The notes under the pieces were generated by a model. That model had not been told where the DNA came from and made no database searches. It saw nothing but the letters and a program-made list of their open reading frames with translations. This document shows, piece by piece, positions 16,498 through 24,369 of a stretch of 64,000 nucleotides of DNA. How positions within the stretch are numbered: the first letter of the stretch is position 1; each line of letters opens with the position of its first letter. Made by a program: the position numbers and the translations under genes. The stretch is from a virus: the IMG/VR virus record IMGVR_UViG_3300042988_001121, positions 114,210-178,209 of that record; one strand, given 5' to 3'.

Positions 16498-17067
16498 TCA
16501 GGACAAATTTACTTTAGTAAGAATTTCTGCCTCATATTTTCTTTTTTTCTCGATGACACGATATGCATAGGTGCCTGCACTACCGAGTGAGCCATTATAT
16601 CTTAGTAGCGCCTCGGCTTCGCTTCGAGACTTCTGTAGGCAATCTTTGAGAATCCTTACTCCGACTTCGATGTTTCTTTTTGGATCAAACAAAGAAGATG
16701 CCATCGTGACCTTATCTCGATGAAACGATGCAACGATCTGCATCAGACCAAGAGCGCCATTTGATGACGCCTTGAAGTCGAATTTTGATTCCACTGCAAT
16801 GACCGACAGGATCAAAATAGGATCGACCGAGTGTTTTATGGAAGCCTCCAGAATTGTGTTTGTATACATTCTGGCAACCGATTCACTGGTGTTACCCTCT
16901 CTTTTGATGATTGTCTTGATTGCAGTATAAACAGCGCCCTCGTCTTCATATATTATCGTTCCGTTATTTCCGTTAATACGTTGCTCAAGAACAACCACAG
17001 CATAGAAACTAAATGATATGAAGACCGATATAGCAACTGTTATTAGTATCTGTTTTAATTTATTCAT
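16498..17067 (-). CDS. Membrane-anchored lytic transglycosylase (SLT domain)
   Basis: N-terminal TM; DP.LILSVIAVESKF (catalytic Glu), GALGLMQI, LFDPKRNIEVG, ALLRYNG. Confidence 0.9.
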   Translation of the reverse strand: MNKLKQILITVAISVFISFSFYAVVVLEQRINGNNGTIIYEDEGAVYTAIKTIIKREGNTSESVARMYTNTILEASIKHSVDPILILSVIAVESKFDFKASSNGALGLMQIVASFHRDKVTMASSLFDPKRNIEVGVRILKDCLQKSRSEAEALLRYNGSLGSAGTYAYRVIEKKRKYEAEILTKVNLS

Positions 17068-17698
17068 TACGTTTTTTTAAGTCCATAATAGCCAGATAGA
17101 GTTTGTAAAGTTTGTCGTTTTCGTGAACTACATCCATGTGCGGCTCTAAGTCTTTAATGACCTTCTTTGCTCCAGCAATATCTTGATCCATTCGACAAAC
17201 AGCAAAATCTTCTAGCAATTTGCTGACATAAACGATTCTACTTTTTTTATTCTCTTTCACCAGCCGGTTGATATTGATTCTGGTCTTGATGTATTTCAGT
17301 CGGTTCAAGTATTTTTCCAGCGGTTCAATGGCACAAATGAAAATTTCGTTGGTTTGATTTTCGTAAGAGTAAACGATGTATAGTTCGTCACGAATCTCTT
17401 TATTTTTCTTATGAGAATATCCGGTTACATTTTCACGAACATACCGCGCCGCATCTTTAAATTGATTCTCGATATCGGAATAAGAGTCGTTGTCGCCTAA
17501 ATCAAGCGTCCTACAAAAGATTTCTGTTCCTTCTTGTCGGCGAATGAAATTCATCACAGCAATGTCAGAAATTTTAGAAGTTCGTTGATGGAAGGCGTAT
17601 TCACATAACCCTTCACGATCAGCAACGATTTCTTTTCGCAGGGCGCGAATTTCTTGCAACATTTCTTTACGAGTCTGATAGTCCATTTTAGTTCTCAC
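17060..17698 (-). CDS. Hypothetical protein
   Basis: 212-aa coupled ORF; resembles 19149..19814 (see findings). Confidence 0.7.
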   Translation of the reverse strand: MRTKMDYQTRKEMLQEIRALRKEIVADREGLCEYAFHQRTSKISDIAVMNFIRRQEGTEIFCRTLDLGDNDSYSDIENQFKDAARYVRENVTGYSHKKNKEIRDELYIVYSYENQTNEIFICAIEPLEKYLNRLKYIKTRININRLVKENKKSRIVYVSKLLEDFAVCRMDQDIAGAKKVIKDLEPHMDVVHENDKLYKLYLAIMDLKKRNE

Positions 17699-17930
17699 TG
17701 TTCATAATAATTTCACAACTGTAGACGAGTTTAGCATCTACCTTTTCAATAATTTCTGCATCCTCACCACTCACATAACGCGGCTTGGGGATTATTGTAA
17801 CACAATTATAAGGTTCAACGACACAAAAATTGCTGTCATAACGAAGAATCGCCAGATGTTCTGTTCCGTTTTGACTTGCGTACCAGTAAGTAGGTAATTG
17901 AGAGGATTTAATTTTTATTCGGTAAAGCAT
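17688..17930 (-). CDS. Hypothetical protein
   Basis: Coupled ORF. Confidence 0.6.
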   Translation of the reverse strand: MLYRIKIKSSQLPTYWYASQNGTEHLAILRYDSNFCVVEPYNCVTIIPKPRYVSGEDAEIIEKVDAKLVYSCEIIMNSEN

Positions 17931-17975
17931 CGAACTATTTAAATTAAACCCTATCGCACAAAATCAGAGAGTCGG

Positions 17976-18425
17976 TTAATTGATTTCCTCAACGACACAG
18001 TTTACGACACGCTCGGCATCATCTTCATCGGGGAAGGTTTCAAATCGTGTCGCGTACTCATTGCAATCCGGGGCGTCGAATACTTTATTAGTATCCTCGA
18101 ACCGAGATTCTTTGATGGTGTCAATGAAAATAATTGCATCCGCACCAACGATTTCTCTGGTTTCTTTGGTTGGTGCAACCATGTCAATGATAACAATATC
18201 GCGAGCTGAGTATAACGAGAATTCTCGCATTCTGCGTGCTTGTCGTAGGCGACCTGCATATGAGAAGTCCCAATCATTGTAAAACGAACGCATTTCATCT
18301 GCATTCATTTTTCCGATTGTATATGTTGTCATCTGTTTAAACTTGCGAACAAGTTTTTCGGAGAATGTTGTCTTCCCCGAACCCGGAAGACCCATAATGA
18401 GAATGGTATAAGGTTTCATGCGCAT
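17976..18425 (-). CDS. P-loop kinase, adenylylsulfate-kinase-like
   Basis: MGLPGSGKTT, NADEMR...DWDFS..GRLRQARRM, DMVAPT, EDTNKVF. Confidence 0.75.
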   Translation of the reverse strand: MRMKPYTILIMGLPGSGKTTFSEKLVRKFKQMTTYTIGKMNADEMRSFYNDWDFSYAGRLRQARRMREFSLYSARDIVIIDMVAPTKETREIVGADAIIFIDTIKESRFEDTNKVFDAPDCNEYATRFETFPDEDDAERVVNCVVEEIN

Positions 18426-18616
18426 CCTGCGTTGGAGTAAAACTTTTTATAAGGAGCGAACTTTAAACCTTTCACTCCGCCGTTCTGTTTCACCAGACGG
18501 TCTATTTCAACAGAACCGATCTGATACAAATCTTTTTTATCATAACCACAGGCTTCGACCAGAAACCGTGTTTTGATATTAACATCACGAACCAGAAAGT
18601 TACCGTAGTTTGTCAT
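18416..18616 (-). CDS. Hypothetical early protein
   Basis: After a 34-bp repeat copy. Confidence 0.65.
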   Translation of the reverse strand: MTNYGNFLVRDVNIKTRFLVEACGYDKKDLYQIGSVEIDRLVKQNGGVKGLKFAPYKKFYSNAGCA

Positions 18617-18658
18617 AATCGCCTCAAGTTTTGTTGATGATGTTATTGTATCACAGAA

Positions 18659-19099
18659 TTAGATCGTTGCGATCCAATCACGAACATTTTGAATTTCATC
18701 TGCAAATTTTTTATCGCGATCATCGACACGGTTGAAAGTGTCGTAAGCGTTATCATGTGCATCTTGAATTCGTTGCAGGAACTCGACAACAAACCCACGA
18801 TGCGAATCAACAGTCGTTGTCAAAGAGAAACGAGAAATGATTTTAGACAAGTGTTTACGATTAGCTTCACTGGAGATTGTGGTGTATTGGATTCCCTTCA
18901 GTTCATCTGGTTTCAGGAGCAATCCAATTGCACAACGCTTTCCACCATAAGAATAGCAGGCTCCTGATGCGGGATGACTGCACCCACCACCTTGTTTCTC
19001 TATTCGCCCTACAACTACATCAACCACATCAAGCATACGCTCACGAATGTAGTAACTTGCCTTATGAATGCGATTCAGTTTTACAGCGGCTCTGTTCAT
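18659..19099 (-). CDS. Hypothetical early protein
   Basis: After a 34-bp repeat copy; C...CAIG..L and LQRIQDAHD motifs seen in other phage proteins. Confidence 0.7.
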   Translation of the reverse strand: MNRAAVKLNRIHKASYYIRERMLDVVDVVVGRIEKQGGGCSHPASGACYSYGGKRCAIGLLLKPDELKGIQYTTISSEANRKHLSKIISRFSLTTTVDSHRGFVVEFLQRIQDAHDNAYDTFNRVDDRDKKFADEIQNVRDWIATI

Positions 19100-19148
19100 A
19101 TAAACACCTCAAGTTTTGTTGATGATGTTATTGTATCACAGAAATCTT

Positions 19149-19814
19149 TTATGTAGATTTTTCAAGAAACTTTTTTGCTTGTGCAATCATTTCCAGTTCA
19201 TTGTACTCACCATTATGATCATTATGGAAAGCGTTGACGATTGCACTCAACTGGTCAAGACATTCCCCGATGGCATAACCATCGAGACTGTTGTGACGCG
19301 CTACATAAAGTTTATTCAACACATCATTGGTGTACTCGGTTCGTTTGACCTCAAGTTCCTGCCGCATATTTTTGATGAGTCCATCATAAAAATTTCGTAG
19401 TCTATTACAGTAGTGTTGGAGAGTTTCTTTTTCGTAGATACAAATGTTTATCTCGGCGCAAGTAAAACCATCAGAACCATGATCAACACATGGATTCAAA
19501 ATAATTCGACTGATCAAAAATTCGCGTGAATAATCTTTATAAAGAGGCTCCTGAAGTAAATCATTCACTAGACGCTCGATCAAATTGTTCAGGCTCGGCA
19601 GTGATATTTCTGTTGGAACTACATCAAGTGTATGTAAATATTTTTCTCGATAGAGCAATACGGGTAATCCAGTACATTGTGATAGATAGTATTCCGAACA
19701 GTTCGGAGTAATTATTTTGTGCGTTTCTCGTGGGTAACGAAAGAACACACTACGTAATTCACGGGCTTCCTGAAGAAGTTTCTTTCTTGTTTCACGTTCC
19801 ATAATTAAGTCCAC
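19149..19814 (-). CDS. Hypothetical protein
   Basis: 221-aa ORF. Confidence 0.7.
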   Translation of the reverse strand: MDLIMERETRKKLLQEARELRSVFFRYPRETHKIITPNCSEYYLSQCTGLPVLLYREKYLHTLDVVPTEISLPSLNNLIERLVNDLLQEPLYKDYSREFLISRIILNPCVDHGSDGFTCAEINICIYEKETLQHYCNRLRNFYDGLIKNMRQELEVKRTEYTNDVLNKLYVARHNSLDGYAIGECLDQLSAIVNAFHNDHNGEYNELEMIAQAKKFLEKST

Positions 19815-20551
19815 AGGTAAGAACGATACTTGACGATGTTGGTCAAATGTTTGGTTTCCTTCTTTTTGAAGGCTTCTTCAAACTTACGAATTCTAGTATA
19901 GATCGAATGGACTACATCATCACTAGCCCCGGTCACTTCATCATACATCGCATCTAAGTTAGTAGGAAAATCTTTCCACTCTGTTTTCGCAAAATGGTAT
20001 GCAGCAATGATTGCAGCATATGCCTTCTTTCCGTTGGCATCACAATAATCATGCTGGTACTGAAGCCATTCAAGACCAATCTCTCCACGACTCTGTAAGT
20101 TGTCATTTCGTGGAAATAATTTTCGCGTGAAATAGGATTGCTTATTGTAATCCTTGAAACGTACATCATCTTTATGACAAATCGCCATCATGTGATAGCA
20201 CTGGTCTTCCACAAAATTGATCAACTCAAACATCAACCCATCTTCGATCTTTGCATCGACCTCACACCATTCACCGCGCTTTTTTCGAGTGACCATTACG
20301 TGGCGCGAATTCTTCCAGTTAGAAAGATAGTAGATGGCAGAACTAATCTTTTCTGGAATGAAATATACCAGCGACTGGAGACTATCTAGACCATCCAAGG
20401 CAGTAGTAACGATTCTACGCTTAGTGGTAGATTTTTCATCAATGTGCCATTGATTCCACTGTTCAATATTTGCAGCAACAGGGTGTCGAGGGATATCAAA
20501 TGTATCCCTAACAAAATTAGCAAAATTAGATAGGCTCCAATACTCACGCAT
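19805..20551 (-). CDS. Conserved phage hypothetical protein
   Basis: 248 aa; ends ETKHLTNIVKYRSYLWT. Confidence 0.75.
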   Translation of the reverse strand: MREYWSLSNFANFVRDTFDIPRHPVAANIEQWNQWHIDEKSTTKRRIVTTALDGLDSLQSLVYFIPEKISSAIYYLSNWKNSRHVMVTRKKRGEWCEVDAKIEDGLMFELINFVEDQCYHMMAICHKDDVRFKDYNKQSYFTRKLFPRNDNLQSRGEIGLEWLQYQHDYCDANGKKAYAAIIAAYHFAKTEWKDFPTNLDAMYDEVTGASDDVVHSIYTRIRKFEEAFKKKETKHLTNIVKYRSYLWT

Positions 20552-20553
20552 GA

Positions 20554-20799
20554 TTATTTCCTATAGCGACGAACTTCTTGTGTGAAGTTAACAATCCAAT
20601 CAAAAACAGTTAGCACCCAATAAGAGATGACAATGATGGCAGCAAAGAAATTGATCGGAGGAATAAAGATCATGAAGGCAGATTCCTTCACATCATGTAA
20701 AGAAAACGGCTGTCTAAAATTAAAAACTTGAGTCACTGCCACCAGAGCGAATACAACAATGACAGAAAGAAAATAGAACCAGATAAAAAAATCAAACAT
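20554..20799 (-). CDS. Small membrane protein
   Basis: Two TM helices. Confidence 0.7.
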   Translation of the reverse strand: MFDFFIWFYFLSVIVVFALVAVTQVFNFRQPFSLHDVKESAFMIFIPPINFFAAIIVISYWVLTVFDWIVNFTQEVRRYRK

Positions 20800-21628
20800 T
20801 GGTGTTCCTCATAAAAGTGTTTCTTAGTTTATTCGTGTTGGCGCGAGTATATCGCTGATAAGTTATAGGGAATTTCTTTTCCAATGGTTCGACATAACAA
20901 TTATACTCGATTGCAGTTTCTTCTGCAATTTCTCGAAATGTCTTTGTCATTCCTGAGCCAACATTATAGACACCCGATTTGTAACGCATCAACCGATCTA
21001 TATAGTATAACACACGATCAATGGAAATGAAGTCTCGTCTTGCTTCTTCCTTTGAATTTTTTGCAACAAACAATGTAATTTTTCCTTCTTTCATTGCTTG
21101 TTTTCTGAACGAATAATGAGGGCTTGGTTGGTCTTTATGTGACTCGGTTTCGCCTTTTTCACTATAGACATTGAAGAAGCGCATTCCTATGGCAGTGATA
21201 CCAGAATCAATCAACCTCTGTGCATCTACCTCATTCATTGCCTTTGATATGGCGTAGGGAGCGAGTTTGGTGTACGGTATTGGATCGGTTTCCTCGAACG
21301 GTCTGCTTGTCTCTGGATTACCATAAACCGCTGCACTACTCGCATATAGCACTCGCTTCACCCTGTATTTGATGCAAAGCGAAAACAGACACTCGGTCAT
21401 GGCAATATTGTACATCTGCACTTCTTCCATCGATGCATTGGTGTTGCTAATTGCACCAAGATGTATAACTGTTTCTATTTCATGATTTTGAAACGTATCA
21501 ACCAAATCATAGTATGAGTGCGTTTTAACATCATAGAGGTGAATAATATAGGAAGGATTGTTGACCCAATAGTTGACTAAGTTCTGTCCTATAAATCCAC
21601 TTGAACCTGTGATTAGGATGTGATGCAT
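20792..21628 (-). CDS. hldD: ADP-L-glycero-D-manno-heptose 6-epimerase-like SDR (HldD/RfaD)
   Basis: ITGSSGFIG, HLGAIS.T, YASSAAVYG, YAISK, GMRFFNVY..E.HK, RRDFISI, YNVGSG...F, YQRYTRAN. Confidence 0.85.
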   Translation of the reverse strand: MHHILITGSSGFIGQNLVNYWVNNPSYIIHLYDVKTHSYYDLVDTFQNHEIETVIHLGAISNTNASMEEVQMYNIAMTECLFSLCIKYRVKRVLYASSAAVYGNPETSRPFEETDPIPYTKLAPYAISKAMNEVDAQRLIDSGITAIGMRFFNVYSEKGETESHKDQPSPHYSFRKQAMKEGKITLFVAKNSKEEARRDFISIDRVLYYIDRLMRYKSGVYNVGSGMTKTFREIAEETAIEYNCYVEPLEKKFPITYQRYTRANTNKLRNTFMRNTNV

Positions 21629-21675
21629 TTAAACGCCTTATAAACGATTATTTCTTATTCTGATACCTACACATT

Positions 21676-21716
21676 AAAAAGCCGTTAAACCGCCTCAAAA
21701 ACGGTTTTAACGGCTT
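21676..21716 (-). terminator. Long-stem rho-independent terminator
   Basis: AAGCCGTTAAA(A)CCG / CGGTTTAACGGCTT stem followed by a T tract on the minus strand. Confidence 0.75.
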
Positions 21717-21726
21717 CTAGAGGCAT

Positions 21727-22023
21727 TTACGCTTCTTCTGTTTGCTCATTCAGCAATTGTTGCTGACTAGCTTGCCTTGCCATGTCAAATCCACCGCTTT
21801 GCTCGAAATTCAGCAACTCAATCAAGCCACCATTCAGATTGTTGAAGGTTTCTTCATCGATGTAGTTGTTGACAACATCACCATTTTCGTAACGAATGAA
21901 TAGAACCGCAAACTTTTCGGCATCCGGTTCGGCTTCATCAACAAGAGTAAGCTGGAAAGTCGAAACTTTGTCCAGATTGAGAAACATGGCTTTTTTGGTA
22001 TTAAGATTAAGACGTACAAACAT
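21727..22023 (-). CDS. Hypothetical acidic protein
   Basis: Likely start MFVRL after SD GGAAAA (track start 22059). Confidence 0.65.
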   Translation of the reverse strand: MFVRLNLNTKKAMFLNLDKVSTFQLTLVDEAEPDAEKFAVLFIRYENGDVVNNYIDEETFNNLNGGLIELLNFEQSGGFDMARQASQQQLLNEQTEEA

Positions 22024-22033
22024 TATTTTCCTT

Positions 22034-22834
22034 TCAGACTTCAAACACTTTGATAACAAAATTATTGGCTATGGGTTCATGTCCTTTATAGCCCCGAGGA
22101 TTATTTAGCATCCTGATTTTTCGAGTCCCGATTTCAGTTTCCTTGTCTACCGAAGTATGGGTATGCCCCGAAATATAGGCAACAGGATTAGCATTATAAA
22201 CTACATCTTCCATGTCAGTACACCCATAATAGTAAGCGCCATTAAAAGTTCGGTCTTCCTGAAAATTAACAAACGGAGAATGATGGCTGACCATGATCAA
22301 TTTCTTATTTGTCATGGAGTTTTCTATCATGAATTGACGATCAGCGTCATGCATGTCACACCACTGCACGTTGGTTAACTTTTTTCTTGTTTCTTTTCGG
22401 CTTTGAATGTATCGAAAGTCATTCGTGCATCGCGTGGCATCGAACATTACAGAAGGGTCGCCCTTGTTCATGTCAGTCCATAGTGTTGCTCCAACGATTC
22501 TAATATCATTGTAATCGAACGCCACCTGTTTCGAATAATGAATGTTTGTAATAGCATGAGTCGCGAAATACTTTTCAACCAAAATTGGCGCATCTTCTAA
22601 CCAGACACCATAGTATTCGTGGTTCCCCGGAATCCAGATGACTTTTTCGTATTTCTTTGATGCAGCTAAGAAAAAGTCAATAACTCCCGGATAACGATCA
22701 AGATTATTGGGAATGAAGGCATCCACTGTAACAATATCGCCTGCCAGAATAAGAATATCGGCGTCAGGTAGATCAAAGTCCATTCCCCCAAATTCAAGAT
22801 GCAAGTCCGAACAATAAGCAATTTTAGTCAACAC
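22034..22834 (-). CDS. Calcineurin-like metallophosphoesterase
   Basis: SDLH, LAGD, PGNHE, GATLWTD, SHHSP, SGHTH, NNPRGY. Confidence 0.92.
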   Translation of the reverse strand: MLTKIAYCSDLHLEFGGMDFDLPDADILILAGDIVTVDAFIPNNLDRYPGVIDFFLAASKKYEKVIWIPGNHEYYGVWLEDAPILVEKYFATHAITNIHYSKQVAFDYNDIRIVGATLWTDMNKGDPSVMFDATRCTNDFRYIQSRKETRKKLTNVQWCDMHDADRQFMIENSMTNKKLIMVSHHSPFVNFQEDRTFNGAYYYGCTDMEDVVYNANPVAYISGHTHTSVDKETEIGTRKIRMLNNPRGYKGHEPIANNFVIKVFEV

Positions 22835-23022
22835 ATTCCTCGCATGCTAACAATCTTGTCGGCTTCTTTTTGATAGCCACGAACAACAAGAGAATTCCAC
22901 AGAAGGGCAATCTCTTTCCATTCCTCTGCACCATCTGAATAAACTTTCTTATCAGAGGAAAGATGATAACGCCAATTGTGTCGGATACAAAGACGTTTCA
23001 AATGATCTAGCTCAGGTGGCAT
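22828..23022 (-). CDS. Hypothetical protein
   Basis: HNWRYHLSSD..VY..G pattern; coupled. Confidence 0.6.
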   Translation of the reverse strand: MPPELDHLKRLCIRHNWRYHLSSDKKVYSDGAEEWKEIALLWNSLVVRGYQKEADKIVSMRGMC

Positions 23023-23323
23023 GAAGTTCCTCTACCAGTTCTTCTTCCAAGGTTTCATCAAAGTTATCTGGCTTCACGGGTTTCAGCCAATGGTCAGGAA
23101 TGAATCCTTCCCGAGAATCCCCGTACATTGTTTCCAAGTTTCCTTCAACGCACCACAGATATCCATCCACAACAGAAACCCATGCCTCACCATTATATCG
23201 GAAAGTATTGCCTGCATTAACGAAACCTATCAATGCCTTAGGTGTGACAATCTTACCAATATTCTTTTCACGAATAGCCTTAACAATGAATGCTGGCTCC
23301 CCCGCTTTGTTTTTAACGTTCAT
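23012..23323 (-). CDS. Hypothetical protein
   Basis: Coupled ORF. Confidence 0.7.
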   Translation of the reverse strand: MNVKNKAGEPAFIVKAIREKNIGKIVTPKALIGFVNAGNTFRYNGEAWVSVVDGYLWCVEGNLETMYGDSREGFIPDHWLKPVKPDNFDETLEEELVEELHAT

Positions 23324-23628
23324 GAGAACACCTTAGTAAAAAAATCTTCTGAGTTAATTGCTTTGTCGCAGATCAACAGATCATAAGAGGGTTTATGATT
23401 CATAATCAACTGATAATACATACAGCCCCAAGATGCAAGTTGTTTTGCCGTGAAGTCACTGTAATCAACACCAGAAATATTTCCTCGGGCAGAATAATAA
23501 ATGATCTGCTCACCTTCCATATGAAGGCGATTGAAATATTCAATTCTATCAGTCATCGGCACACATTCTTCATATGTTCCGTTGGTGCGACAGATTGTTC
23601 CATCAATGTCAACGTAAATTTTAGCCAT
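23320..23628 (-). CDS. HAD-superfamily phosphatase (capsule/heptose-associated, C0-type)
   Basis: Real start MAKIYVDIDGTIC (DxD motif), YSARG, KPSYDLLICDKA. Track ORF over-extended to 23739. Confidence 0.8.
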   Translation of the reverse strand: MAKIYVDIDGTICRTNGTYEECVPMTDRIEYFNRLHMEGEQIIYYSARGNISGVDYSDFTAKQLASWGCMYYQLIMNHKPSYDLLICDKAINSEDFFTKVFS

Positions 23629-23980
23629 TCTGACTATCTCCGGGAATGATTCTGTAATTGTCTTCAACACTATCTGGTGTACTGACTTCCAGTATTGTAC
23701 CACTTTCAATGCACAAAACTTGATGTGGCTCCAATACATCGTTATGAATTATATCACCACGCGATACATCAAATACACTCAGATCAGCATTGGTTGTGTT
23801 TATTTTTCTGATCTGAAATTTACCTGACATAACAATCCACGTTTCTGTCTTATTGGCATGGAAGTGCATACTGAATTTACCGCCAGCATCGAAAACCAGA
23901 AACTTACTGCAATACTTGTCATTTGTCACCCAAATGTCTTCGTATCCCCAAGCCTTCTCAACAATACCTTCGTGTCTCAT
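23621..23980 (-). CDS. Cupin-fold sugar isomerase/epimerase-like protein
   Basis: VEKAWGYE.IW...YCSK.L....SMHFH..KTETW...G...PHQ. Confidence 0.8.
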   Translation of the reverse strand: MRHEGIVEKAWGYEDIWVTNDKYCSKFLVFDAGGKFSMHFHANKTETWIVMSGKFQIRKINTTNADLSVFDVSRGDIIHNDVLEPHQVLCIESGTILEVSTPDSVEDNYRIIPGDSQNG

Positions 23981-24369
23981 TTACTTCTTTCGATGATCTT
24001 TGAGCTAGAAAATCCGGGAATGCGTTCAAAGAACTTCAGTTCCTTGGCATACTGCGATCCGATAACAAGTTTATCTCTGTAATCAGAACCAACCAGCATT
24101 ATATCAGGATTCAGAATCTGAATGATCTGTTCGAGTTTTCTGTCTGTCTCAAAAATACCACATGGGTGAACACCTTTAATCCGACTCAACTGGTACAGCC
24201 TCTGACCTTCTGTGTGTATTGGTCTATCTGCTCCCTTCAGCATCTTCACTCTTTCATCGGCATCAATGGCAACATAAACATCACCAAGAGTAGACGCATA
24301 GTCAAAGAGTCTGAAATGACCGGGATGAAGAACATCAAACACCCCATTGATAAAAACAAGTTTTTTCAT
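23977..24369 (-). CDS. Nucleotidyltransferase, HldC/RfaE-domain-II-like (ADP-heptose synthase)
   Basis: NGVFDVLHPGH, DADERVKMLKGADRP, PDIMLVGSDY, SSSKIIER. Confidence 0.85.
   Translation of the reverse strand: MKKLVFINGVFDVLHPGHFRLFDYASTLGDVYVAIDADERVKMLKGADRPIHTEGQRLYQLSRIKGVHPCGIFETDRKLEQIIQILNPDIMLVGSDYRDKLVIGSQYAKELKFFERIPGFSSSKIIERSK

Larger units (their letters stand above)
15960..19143 (-). repeat. 34-bp exact promoter/leader repeat, three copies
   Basis: CAAGTTTTGTTGATGATGTTATTGTATCACAGAA at 15960-15993, 18625-18658 and 19110-19143; minus strand contains TGTGATACAAT. Confidence 0.9.

Noticed and set aside
15960-19143. 34-bp exact repeats as a CRISPR array
   Set aside because: Copies are 0.5-2.7 kb apart and separated by genes; each contains a -10 box and leader; no cas genes.
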